Shown piece after piece: positions 53,399 through 61,964 of a DNA stretch of 64,000 nt. Within the stretch, counting starts at the first letter, position 1; the number at the start of each line of letters is the position of its first letter. The notes below the pieces were generated by a model. That model had not been told where the DNA came from and ran no database searches. It saw nothing but the letters and a program-made list of their open reading frames with translations. The translations under genes were made by a program, and so were the position numbers. Source of the DNA: Aestuariivirga sp. (GTDB taxonomy: Bacteria > Pseudomonadota > Alphaproteobacteria > Rhizobiales > Aestuariivirgaceae); assembly GCF_020252405.1 (NCBI RefSeq), contig NZ_JADCDA010000008.1, positions 74,577 to 138,576 of the forward strand. The letters are read 5' to 3'.

Positions 53399-54402
53399 TT
53401 CCTCGGCTTCGGCGCCTTCTTGTCATAGGCCGCCACGATGCGACCGACCAGCGCATGGCGCACAATGTCCGAATTGCTGAAACACACTGACGCAACGCCC
53501 GCCACGCCCTTCAGCACGCCCACCGCATCCGGCAAACCCGATGAGATTCCGGACGGCAGATCGACCTGCGTCGGATCGCCCGTCACCACCATCCGGCTGC
53601 CCTCGCCAAGCCGGGTCAGAAACATCTTCATCTGCTGCGGCGTGGTGTTCTGCGCCTCGTCGAGAATAATGAACGCGGCGGAAAGCGTTCGACCGCGCAT
53701 GAAGGCAAGCGGCGCAATCTCGATCTGGTTTTCGGCAATGCCCTTCGCCACAAGGCTCGCCGGCATCATGTCGTAAAGAGCGTCGTAAAGGGGCCGGAGA
53801 TAGGGATCCACCTTCTCCTTCATGTCGCCGGGCAGGAAGCCCAGGCGCTCGCCGGCCTCCACCGCCGGGCGCGACAGGACGATCCTGTCCACCTCGCCGT
53901 TCATCAGCGCTTCCGCGGCGCAGGCCACGGCAAGGTAGGTCTTGCCGGTGCCCGCTGGCCCGATGCCGAAGACCAACTCATGCTTGCGGATCGCCTCGAT
54001 ATAGGCGCCCTGCGTGGGGGTGCGCGGCGTGACCAGCTTGCGGCGGGTGCGGATGGCCCCGCCTGGAACATTGGTTTCCTGGGCTTCGCGCATGCGAATT
54101 GCACCATCCACCTCGCCCTTGGTGATGTCGAGACCCCGTCTGGCGCGATTATAGAGCGCCATCAGCACGTCGCGCGCCGCGTTGCGGCCCGAATCACTGC
54201 CGCGCACGGCGAGGCGGTTGCCGCGCGGCGTGATATCGACGCTGAGCCGGTGCTCAAGCACGGCGAGATTTTCGTCATGTTCGCCGCAGAGCAACAATAA
54301 CAACCGGTTATCGTCGAAGGAAAGGGTGAGAATATCCGACTCTTCTTGCCGGGAGCCGGATGCATGGCTGCCGATCTGGGCCGCAGTGACGGGCGGATTC
54401 AA
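53395..54402 (-). CDS. phoH: PhoH-family ATPase
   Basis: GPAGTGKTYLA, GFLPGD, LAFMRGRTL, LDEAQN; TTG start. Confidence 0.95.
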   Translation of the reverse strand: MNPPVTAAQIGSHASGSRQEESDILTLSFDDNRLLLLLCGEHDENLAVLEHRLSVDITPRGNRLAVRGSDSGRNAARDVLMALYNRARRGLDITKGEVDGAIRMREAQETNVPGGAIRTRRKLVTPRTPTQGAYIEAIRKHELVFGIGPAGTGKTYLAVACAAEALMNGEVDRIVLSRPAVEAGERLGFLPGDMKEKVDPYLRPLYDALYDMMPASLVAKGIAENQIEIAPLAFMRGRTLSAAFIILDEAQNTTPQQMKMFLTRLGEGSRMVVTGDPTQVDLPSGISSGLPDAVGVLKGVAGVASVCFSNSDIVRHALVGRIVAAYDKKAPKPRK

Positions 54403-54420
54403 GGAATGACTTCTCCGTAT

Positions 54421-55773
54421 TTAGACTGCCCCGGCATAATGGCCCGAAAGGCTGTTGGATCCAACGCCCGATATGTGGGTATCCACGATCATTCCGATAA
54501 GCCCGGGTTCTGCCTGAATATGGACGGACTGGAGATAGGGCGATCGACCGACCAGCTGGCCAGCGTCGCGTCCGGGCTTTTCGAGCAGAACGGAAAGGGT
54601 GCGGCCCACCATCGCTCCATTGAACGCGGTCTGCTGGGCATGGACCAGCGCCTGCAGCTCCTGCAGCCGAACTGACTTCTCAGCTTCAGGTATTTGTTTC
54701 GCGCTCTCCGCCGCCGGAGTGCCCGGCCGGGGCGAGTATTTGAACGAAAAGGCACTGGCGTATCCGACCTCGCGGATGAGACTCAGTGTCGACTCGAAAT
54801 CATTGTCCGTTTCGCCCGGAAAACCGACAATAAAGTCGCCAGAAACTGCAAGATCTGGTCTTGCCGCGCGGAACTTCTCGATCAAGCGAAGGTAGAATTC
54901 AGCTGTATGTCCGCGGTTCATCGACTTCAGTATCGTATCGCTACCTGATTGCACCGGAAGATGCAGGTAGGGCATCAGCTTCGGATTCTCGGCGTGGGCG
55001 GCAATCAGCTCGTCCGTCATGTCCCGCGGATGGCTCGTCGTGTAGCGCAGCCGTTCGATACCTTCGATGCGTGACAGTTCGGCGACGAGGCCCGCCAGCC
55101 CCAGGCTGCGGCCCCGGTCGTCCATACCGTGATAGGCATTGACGTTCTGGCCGAGCAACGTGAATTCCTTGACCCCCTGCCCGGCCATGCGCCGCGCCTC
55201 TTCCACGACCTGCGCCACCGGGCGGGAGAACTCCGAACCGCGCGTATAGGGCACCACGCAGAAACTGCAGAACTTGTCGCAGCCCTCCTGCACGGTGAGG
55301 AAGGCGGTAACCCCCTTGCGCGGTTGCGCCTTGGAATCGAGCTCCCCGAACTTGTCCGCGGCGGGGAACTCGGTCTCGACCACCGCCCTGCCCGACGCGC
55401 TCCGCCGGGCCAGCAGCTGCGGCAGGCGATGGTAGGTCTGGGGGCCGAACACCAAATCAACGGCCGGGGCACGCCTCACAATCTCCTCGCCCTCAGCCTG
55501 GGCCACGCATCCGGCGACCGCTATCAGCATCTCGGCCCCAAGTTCCGCCCGCGCGCGCTTCATCCGCCGGATCTTGCCCAGTTCCGAATAGACTTTCTCG
55601 GCGGCCTTTTCGCGGATGTGGCAGGTGTTGAGGATGATCAGGTCCGCCCCCTCCGGCGTTGCCGTATCGGCATAGCCCAGGGGCCCGAGCACATCGCGCA
55701 TGCGCTCGCTGTCATAGACGTTCATCTGGCAGCCATAGGTCTTGATGAAGACCTTCTTCAGGGCGTTGTCCAT
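54421..55773 (-). CDS. miaB: tRNA ms2i6A methylthiotransferase MiaB
   Basis: [29 protein letters not shown] radical SAM motif, [10 protein letters not shown]-terminal TRAM. Confidence 0.97.
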   Translation of the reverse strand: MDNALKKVFIKTYGCQMNVYDSERMRDVLGPLGYADTATPEGADLIILNTCHIREKAAEKVYSELGKIRRMKRARAELGAEMLIAVAGCVAQAEGEEIVRRAPAVDLVFGPQTYHRLPQLLARRSASGRAVVETEFPAADKFGELDSKAQPRKGVTAFLTVQEGCDKFCSFCVVPYTRGSEFSRPVAQVVEEARRMAGQGVKEFTLLGQNVNAYHGMDDRGRSLGLAGLVAELSRIEGIERLRYTTSHPRDMTDELIAAHAENPKLMPYLHLPVQSGSDTILKSMNRGHTAEFYLRLIEKFRAARPDLAVSGDFIVGFPGETDNDFESTLSLIREVGYASAFSFKYSPRPGTPAAESAKQIPEAEKSVRLQELQALVHAQQTAFNGAMVGRTLSVLLEKPGRDAGQLVGRSPYLQSVHIQAEPGLIGMIVDTHISGVGSNSLSGHYAGAV

Positions 55774-55785
55774 GGGCGGAGGCCT

Positions 55786-55889
55786 CTCGGGCATTTTACG
55801 GTCAAGTGGAAACCGGTTGACCTTGGAAAATGCGACCAAACAAAGAGATAGAGCAGGTTTCGATTCCACCGAACCGAAACCTCCTCTAG
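55786..55889. repeat. RIME/Bru-RS-like palindromic element, copy 5 (more divergent subtype)
   Basis: gcatttt-acggtcaa-gtggaaacc-ggttgacc-ttgg-aaaatgc hairpin, linker gaccaaacaaagagatagagc, aggtttcg...cgaaacct hairpin, terminal ctag. Confidence 0.82.
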
Positions 55890-56662
55890 CGGATTTTCGC
55901 TCCGCGGTGAAGCGCCAGGACGAGGCCGCGGCGCACCTCCTCTTCGGCATGACGGGCAAGCGCCTTGCGATTCAGCTCGCCGCTCGGTGAGAGGGGCTTA
56001 TGGCAGATGATTTTTACCTCGATGGGGCCGGAGCTAACGGCGCCCAGCAGGTGCGGGATGAGCTCCATATCGCCATACCAGGCGTAGGAGGGAAGAAGGC
56101 GGCGGTTCATCGGCAGGTTCCGGTGGCCACAATAGGCCAACGTCACCGGCTGTACGACAACGCCAGGAATCTCGGCGGCGCCGAAGAAGGAACTCTTGAA
56201 GGGCAGTACGCTGCGCCCATCGCCCGAGGTGCCCTCGGCAAACAGCACGAGGATGTCGCCCGCCTTCAGGCGCTCCCGCATCTCGTCACGCGCGCCACCG
56301 GTGGCATGGCGGCGGTCACGGTTCACGAAGACGGTGCGCTGCAGCCTCGCAAGGCTTCCGAAGAAAGGCCACCCCGCAACCTCCTTCTTGGCAATGAAAG
56401 ATACCGGCGCCACCGCGCTCAGCACGACAATGTCCAACCAGCTGACATGGTTTGCCGCCACCAGAAGCGGCCCTTGCTCCGGCAACCTGCCGACCACTTC
56501 CACCCTCACGCCAAGCATGCGGCAGACAAGGCGATGATAGTGCAGGGGCAAGGCCTTTGCCATTCCCGGCCACAGCCAAACGAACAGCTGCTGCAGCGCC
56601 ATCAGGGGCAAGGTAAGCACGCCGAACAGGATCAGCGCCACACCCTGAAGGAACCGGTTCAC
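55886..56662 (-). CDS. olsA: Lyso-ornithine lipid / lysophospholipid O-acyltransferase OlsA
   Basis: NHVSWLD (HX4D), [23 protein letters not shown]; upstream of miaB as in rhizobia. Confidence 0.85.
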   Translation of the reverse strand: MNRFLQGVALILFGVLTLPLMALQQLFVWLWPGMAKALPLHYHRLVCRMLGVRVEVVGRLPEQGPLLVAANHVSWLDIVVLSAVAPVSFIAKKEVAGWPFFGSLARLQRTVFVNRDRRHATGGARDEMRERLKAGDILVLFAEGTSGDGRSVLPFKSSFFGAAEIPGVVVQPVTLAYCGHRNLPMNRRLLPSYAWYGDMELIPHLLGAVSSGPIEVKIICHKPLSPSGELNRKALARHAEEEVRRGLVLALHRGAKIR

Positions 56663-57768
56663 GGGTGAAGCTCGCGGCGCAATACGATGGCATCCTCAAA
56701 GCCGCCATGACGCTTGTAGTAACCCTTGCGGCGGCCCGCTTCGGCAAAGCCCGAACCGGTGTAGAGCGCTTGTGCCGGCAGGTTCGATGCCGCCACCTCC
56801 AGGAACAGGTGGCGAACCCCCCGCGCTGCCAGAACTGCCAGCTGCCACGCCAAAAGCTGATGTGCAACGCCGCGCCGCTGCACGGCGGGACGCACGCCAA
56901 TGGCGATGATTTCCGCCTCATCCAGGGCCTGGCGGGTGACGATGAAGCCAAGAGGGTCTCCGCCATCATGCGCGAGCGCCGCCTCCGTTCCAGGCGTTGA
57001 CAGCATCTCCGCAAAGGTCTGTGCGTTCCAACCGTCATCGAAGCTTTCGCCGTGCAGCGCGGCAAGAAGCCCGTCCGCCGCAAGTCCTGCCGGCTCGATC
57101 CTCATCGCTTTGAACTTTCGCAGTCCTGCCGCTTGCGGCCTGGCGTCGGGCGTCCGCAAATAGAGCGGGGCAGGCCTGTTGCCTGCGGCGGCTCCGGCAT
57201 AAATCCTTGCGAACCGCGACGCAACCGGCAGCGGAAAAGCTTGCGAAAGTATGAGGTCACCGCGCCCGCTTGCCGCCACCGCGGACCGGGCCGCCGTCCC
57301 CAGCACGACCGTCTTGCCCGGCAATCCGGCTGCAACATGAGCCGCAACCGCCACCTGCGGTCCCATGATCAGCTTGCGGTCGGCATCGAACAGGGCGGCA
57401 TAGACTTCGTCATTGCGTGCATCCGAAACGACGAGCAGATGAGATCGTGCAGTCTCGTTCGCGGCGATGGCCGACAGGCTGTCGATGCCGATCACCGGAA
57501 TACCGCGCGCCAGCCCCAGCCCGCGCGCCATGGCAAGCCCGATGCGTACACCGGTGAAGGCGCCGGGGCCAGTGGTCACGGCAACTCGGTCGATCTGAGA
57601 CATGGCGAGGCCGGAACATGCCATTACCTCCGCCACCATGGAAGGCAGGGCCTCGGCGTGGCCGCGTTCCATCTCCACGAGGGCAGCCGCCAGCGGCAAC
57701 GCAACCTCCGTGTCGATCACGGCGGCAGAACAGGCGGCCATCGCGGCATCGAGGCTGAGGATCTTCAT
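56659..57768 (-). CDS. tsaB: Fused TsaB (t6A biosynthesis) - RimI-like N-acetyltransferase
   Basis: Residues 1-212 are TsaB (ILSLD, GHAEAL, GPGAFTGVRIG, DARNDEVY, PLYLRTPDA); residues ~222-369 are RimI (EAEIIAIGV.P..QRRG, LEVAASN, LYTGSGF, RRKGYY); one open frame. Confidence 0.9.
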   Translation of the reverse strand: MKILSLDAAMAACSAAVIDTEVALPLAAALVEMERGHAEALPSMVAEVMACSGLAMSQIDRVAVTTGPGAFTGVRIGLAMARGLGLARGIPVIGIDSLSAIAANETARSHLLVVSDARNDEVYAALFDADRKLIMGPQVAVAAHVAAGLPGKTVVLGTAARSAVAASGRGDLILSQAFPLPVASRFARIYAGAAAGNRPAPLYLRTPDARPQAAGLRKFKAMRIEPAGLAADGLLAALHGESFDDGWNAQTFAEMLSTPGTEAALAHDGGDPLGFIVTRQALDEAEIIAIGVRPAVQRRGVAHQLLAWQLAVLAARGVRHLFLEVAASNLPAQALYTGSGFAEAGRRKGYYKRHGGFEDAIVLRRELHP

Positions 57769-57802
57769 GGGGCGGCGTGATAGGCCGCCCCGGGTCCAAA
57801 GG

Positions 57803-58363
57803 TCAAACGGCGCGGACTTCGCTCACTTCCGGGACGAAGTGGCGGAGCAGGTTCTCGATGCCGTGCTTCAGCGTGGCGGTGGAAGACGGACAGCCGGCAC
57901 AAGAGCCCTTCATGTTGAGATAGACCACGCCTTCGCGGAAGCCGTGGAAGGTAATGTCTCCACCGTCCTGCGCCACGGCCGGACGCACCCGCGTGTCCAG
58001 CAGCTGCTTGATGGTGCTCACCACCTCGGCGTCGCCTTCCTCGAAGAATTCCCCGTCCGCAGCCTCGGCCTTCAGCGCTTCGCCAAGCAGCACCGGCGCG
58101 CCGGAGAGGTAATGGTCCATGATAAAGCCGAGAATCGCAGGTTTCATGTGCTGCCATTCCGCACCCGACCGGGTGACGGTTATGAAGTCCTGTCCGAGGA
58201 ATACGCCCACAACACCATTCACCGAGAAGAGCTTCTGGGCGAGCGGCGACTCCGCTGCGGCCTCTGCATCCCGGTAGTCGCGGGTAATGCCGGGCAGCAC
58301 GGGCTTGCCCGGCAGGAATTTCAGCGTGGCGGGATTGGGGGTGGCTTCCGTCTGGATGAACAT
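57803..58363 (-). CDS. NifU/Nfu-family Fe-S carrier (Nfu_N plus NifU-C)
   Basis: MFIQTEATPNPATLKF, VRPAVAQDGGDI, GSCAGCPSS. Confidence 0.94.
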   Translation of the reverse strand: MFIQTEATPNPATLKFLPGKPVLPGITRDYRDAEAAAESPLAQKLFSVNGVVGVFLGQDFITVTRSGAEWQHMKPAILGFIMDHYLSGAPVLLGEALKAEAADGEFFEEGDAEVVSTIKQLLDTRVRPAVAQDGGDITFHGFREGVVYLNMKGSCAGCPSSTATLKHGIENLLRHFVPEVSEVRAV

Positions 58364-58397
58364 GTCCGATTCCTCTGCTCGGGAATTACATAGCCCG

Positions 58398-58418
58398 AGT
58401 TTAGAATCATTTCAAACT
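58398..58418. promoter_or_regulatory. Iron control element (ICE, Irr box) upstream of the NifU-family gene
   Basis: AGTTTAGAATCATTTCAAACT versus ICE consensus AnTTTRGAAYnRTTCYAAAnT: one mismatch; 35-55 bp before the ATG. Confidence 0.75.
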
Positions 58419-58447
58419 GTTCCGGCGCGGCACGCCATCTCAGCCTG

Positions 58448-59488
58448 TCAGGAAACGATGAAACCCACGATTTCGCGCGCCTTGCGCATGATGGGCGCGG
58501 CAATCGCCCGGGCCCGCGCGGAACCATCCCTCAACACGCTTTCGACATAGGGCCGGTCGGCCTGCAACCTTTTGGTTTCCTCGCCAACCGGGCCAAGCCG
58601 GGCAACCGCGAGATCGGCGAGGGCGTTCTTGAACGCTGAGAACTGGCCGCCGCCATACTGGCCCAGCACCTTGTCCAAGCTCTCGCCGGAAAGGGCGGCA
58701 TAGATGCCGGTCAAGTTGTCGGCTTCGGGGCGGCCCTTGAGGCCTTCCGCTTCGCTCGGCAATGGCTCCGGGTCGGTCTTGGCCTTGCGGATCTTCCTGG
58801 CGATGGTGTCGGCATCATCCGTCAGGTTCAGCCGCGACAGGTCGGAGGGGTCCGACTTCGACATCTTCTTGGTCCCGTCACGAAGGCTCATGACACGCGT
58901 CGCGGGGCCGGTGATGTAGGGCTCGGGCGGCACGAAGAACGTGCCATCGGCGAAGCCTGCCGCCTCGATCGCCTCCCTATAGTCGAGGTTGAATTTGTTG
59001 GCGATGTCACGCGCCAGTTCGAGGTGTTGCTTCTGGTCCTCGCCCACCGGAACGTGAGTTGCATGGTAGCCGAGGATATCCGCGGCCATCAGCACCGGAT
59101 AGGTGTAGAGGCCGACGGAGGCTGCCTCCTTGTCCTTGCCGGCCTTCTCCTTGAACTGAGTCATGCGGTTCAGCCAGCCGATGCGCCCGGTACAGCCGAG
59201 AATCCAGGCGAGTTCCGCGTGCTCCGCCACCTGTGACTGGTTGAAGATGATGCTTTTCCCGGGATCGAGGCCGCAAGCGAGATAGGCCGCCGTGACATCG
59301 ACGATGGCGCGGCGCAGTTCCTTGGGATCCTGCCAAACCGTGATCGCATGCATGTCCACCACGCAGTAGATGCACTCATGCGTGTCCTGCATGTGGATCC
59401 AGTTCAGCATGGCCCCCAGGTAATTGCCGAGATGCAGATTACCTGTCGGCTGCATGCCGGAAAAAACGCGCGGGACGAAATTGGACAT
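58448..59488 (-). CDS. trpS: Tryptophan--tRNA ligase
   Basis: [29 protein letters not shown]. Confidence 0.97.
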   Translation of the reverse strand: MSNFVPRVFSGMQPTGNLHLGNYLGAMLNWIHMQDTHECIYCVVDMHAITVWQDPKELRRAIVDVTAAYLACGLDPGKSIIFNQSQVAEHAELAWILGCTGRIGWLNRMTQFKEKAGKDKEAASVGLYTYPVLMAADILGYHATHVPVGEDQKQHLELARDIANKFNLDYREAIEAAGFADGTFFVPPEPYITGPATRVMSLRDGTKKMSKSDPSDLSRLNLTDDADTIARKIRKAKTDPEPLPSEAEGLKGRPEADNLTGIYAALSGESLDKVLGQYGGGQFSAFKNALADLAVARLGPVGEETKRLQADRPYVESVLRDGSARARAIAAPIMRKAREIVGFIVS

Positions 59489-59597
59489 CAGGACCCCTCT
59501 TGATCGGAAGCGCGCCGCTTATGCCCGCTATCGGGAGCCCTGAAAAGAGCCCCGCGCATGGCTTGCCATCGCCACCCCGGCACGGTCTAAGAAGGCC

Positions 59598-60482
59598 ATG
59601 CCTGAGCTTCCGGAAGTCGAAACCGTCATGCGGGGGTTGAAGCCCGTGCTGGAAGGCCGCCGCATCGCGGGAGTCACCCTGCGGCGGGCGGGCCTGCGCT
59701 TTCCCTTCCCTCCGCGCTTTTCCGAAAGGCTGGCGGGAAGCCGGGTCACAGGACTCTGGCGCAGGGCCAAATACATTCTGGCCGGCCTCGACTCGGGCGA
59801 GGTTCTGCTGGTCCATCTCGGCATGACCGGGCGCTTCACCGTGTTGCAGGGTCAGCAGGCGCGGAGCCTCGGTGAGTTCTATTTCGAATCCGCAACCGGC
59901 GAAGCGGGGCACGGGCCGCATGATCACGTGGTGCTTGCGCTCGATGACGGCACGCATGTGGTCTACACCGATCCGCGCCGCTTCGGAATCATGGATCTTT
60001 TCCCGGAAGCGGAGGCCGGCAGTCATAAGCTGCTTTCCGGCATCGGCGTTGAACCGCTCGGCAACGAATTCAACGTGGGCTATCTGGCCGCATGCTTCCG
60101 CGGCAAGGCAGCCCCACTCAAGGCGGCGCTGCTCGACCAGCGCATCATTGCCGGTCTCGGCAACATCTATGTCTGCGAGGCGCTGTTCCGCGCCCGGCTG
60201 TCTCCCCGCCGCAAAGCCCGGACCCTGGCCAGAAAGAAGGGCCATGACCCCCGCCTTGATGCATTGATGCGCCACGTGCGCGAGGTTCTGGCGGAGGCCA
60301 TCGCCGCGGGCGGCTCCACGCTCCAGGACTTTGCCCACACCGATGGCGCAGCAGGCGCGTTTCAGCAGCGCTTCCTCGTCTACGGCCGTGAGGGCGAGCC
60401 CTGCATGAACTGTGGAGCGCCCGTCAAAAGGCTTGTGCAATCGGGCCGATCAACCTTCTATTGCCGCCACTGTCAGACATAG
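59598..60482 (+). CDS. mutM: Formamidopyrimidine-DNA glycosylase Fpg
   Basis: PELPEVE, RRAKY, HLGMTG, AGLGNIY, C-terminal C4 zinc finger. Confidence 0.97.
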   Translation: MPELPEVETVMRGLKPVLEGRRIAGVTLRRAGLRFPFPPRFSERLAGSRVTGLWRRAKYILAGLDSGEVLLVHLGMTGRFTVLQGQQARSLGEFYFESATGEAGHGPHDHVVLALDDGTHVVYTDPRRFGIMDLFPEAEAGSHKLLSGIGVEPLGNEFNVGYLAACFRGKAAPLKAALLDQRIIAGLGNIYVCEALFRARLSPRRKARTLARKKGHDPRLDALMRHVREVLAEAIAAGGSTLQDFAHTDGAAGAFQQRFLVYGREGEPCMNCGAPVKRLVQSGRSTFYCRHCQT

Positions 60483-60492
60483 GACGGACGCC

Positions 60493-61266
60493 ATGGCCTT
60501 TCAGAACATTATCGTCGAAATCCGCGGCCAGGTGGGCCTCGTGACCCTCAACCGGCCGCAGGCGCTCAATGCGCTGAACGAAGCGCTGATCGCCGAGCTG
60601 AATGAGGCGCTGAGTGATTTCGAGTCGAATCCCGGGATCGGCTGCACCGTGATCACCGGCGCCGAAAAGGCCTTCGCGGCGGGCGCCGACGTGAAGGAGA
60701 TGGCGCAGAAGGGCTATGTCGAATCCTATCTTGGCAAGTTCCTCGATGGCTGGACGCGCATTGCGGAAACCCGCAAGCCGGTGATTGCGGCCGTCTCGGG
60801 CTTCTGCCTCGGCGGCGGGCTGGAGCTTGCCATGATGTGCGATATCGTCATCGCGTCGGAAACCGCGCGCTTTGCGCTTCCCGAGATTACCCTGGGCATC
60901 ATGCCGGGCGCGGGCGGCACCCAGCGCCTGCCGCGCTTTATCGGCAAGGCCAAGGCCATGGACCTGATCCTCACGGGCCGCATGATGGACGCGGCGGAAG
61001 CCGAGCGTTGCGGCCTCGTCGCCCGTGTCGTTCGGCCGGAAAATCTGTTGGACGAGGCCATGGCAGCCGCCGCCAAGGTCGCTTCATTTTCCACCCCCAT
61101 CGTCATGATGGCCAAGGAAACCGTGAACCGCGCCCAGGAAATGAGCCTTGCAGAGGGGGCGCGTTTCGAACGCCGCCTGTTCCTCTCGATGTTCGCCACC
61201 GAAGATCAGAAGGAAGGCATGCAGGCCTTTGTCGCCAAAAGGAAGCCGGATTTTCGCAATCGATAA
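60493..61266 (+). CDS. Enoyl-CoA hydratase
   Basis: LNRPQALNALN, FAAGADV, GGGLELAM, PEITLGIMPGAGGTQRL. Confidence 0.94.
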   Translation: MAFQNIIVEIRGQVGLVTLNRPQALNALNEALIAELNEALSDFESNPGIGCTVITGAEKAFAAGADVKEMAQKGYVESYLGKFLDGWTRIAETRKPVIAAVSGFCLGGGLELAMMCDIVIASETARFALPEITLGIMPGAGGTQRLPRFIGKAKAMDLILTGRMMDAAEAERCGLVARVVRPENLLDEAMAAAAKVASFSTPIVMMAKETVNRAQEMSLAEGARFERRLFLSMFATEDQKEGMQAFVAKRKPDFRNR

Positions 61267-61288
61267 GGAAAGCCAGAGTGTACCAGAG

Positions 61289-61318
61289 CTTGCACGAAGG
61301 ACAGGAAAATGATATAAT
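61289..61318 (+). promoter_or_regulatory. Near-consensus sigma70 promoter with no downstream sense gene
   Basis: (C)TTGCAC at 61290-61295, 17-bp spacer, TATAAT at 61313-61318. Confidence 0.6.
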
Positions 61319-61324
61319 TTTTAT

Positions 61325-61532
61325 ATAAATCTAAAAATCGTTAAGCTTTGCAATGTGTCCGCTGCGAACGATGTGGTGTTTCTACCCTTCTCCCATCGTA
61401 ACACCACCCCGCCAGCGCTGCGCTTGTTCTGACAATCTGCCGGACCTCGAACGCCTCGATCAGAGTCCGAAATTAATGGTACGGAAGTGATTCACGGGGG
61501 ACCGCTCTTTGCGGTCTATGCCTTTTGCCTTT
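61325..61532 (+). ncRNA. Candidate small RNA (unassigned family)
   Basis: Follows the promoter; 8-bp stem gtggtgtt/aacaccac with a CCCUUCUCCC loop, a further imperfect stem, then gaccgc-tcttt-gcggtc and a T-rich tail. No family match recognised. Confidence 0.3.
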
Positions 61533-61964
61533 TCAAGTCGGATAGATGACGCCTTTCTTGACGACGATATTGCCATAGAGCCGCGGTTCACTTGACGCGA
61601 CGACGGCAAAGCATGCCTTGACCTTGTTGTAAAATTCATCGCCGACCAGTGGCACGATCTTCTGTTTCGGCTCGTGTTTCAGCAGCACGGCACTGAAATC
61701 CTCGAACACCGGTTCCATGCGCATGGGCTCCAGGTGGGCCGCCGGCCGCCATACGGCTTCCGGCGTCATGTCGTCGACCGGCATCACCGAGAGTATGGCA
61801 TCCAGAATGCGCGGCGCGCCATGGCCATCGAGGCGCACCACCCGCTTGCCATGCTCCTCGGCGGGGTAGTTGCCGTCAACAATGGCGATCTCGTCGCCAT
61901 GGCCCATGGCGCGCAGAACGCGCAGGAGATCGGGGCTCAGCAGCGGATCGATTCCCTTGAGCAT
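61533..61964 (-). CDS. RbsD/FucU-family sugar mutarotase
   Basis: MLKGIDPLLSPDLL..L..MGHGDEIAIVDGNYP, YGNIVVKKGVI. Confidence 0.93.
   Translation of the reverse strand: MLKGIDPLLSPDLLRVLRAMGHGDEIAIVDGNYPAEEHGKRVVRLDGHGAPRILDAILSVMPVDDMTPEAVWRPAAHLEPMRMEPVFEDFSAVLLKHEPKQKIVPLVGDEFYNKVKACFAVVASSEPRLYGNIVVKKGVIYPT

Noticed and set aside
61353-61490. 45-codon ORF downstream of the orphan promoter
   Set aside because: No Shine-Dalgarno, atypical composition and no recognisable motif; cannot be excluded without ribosome profiling.
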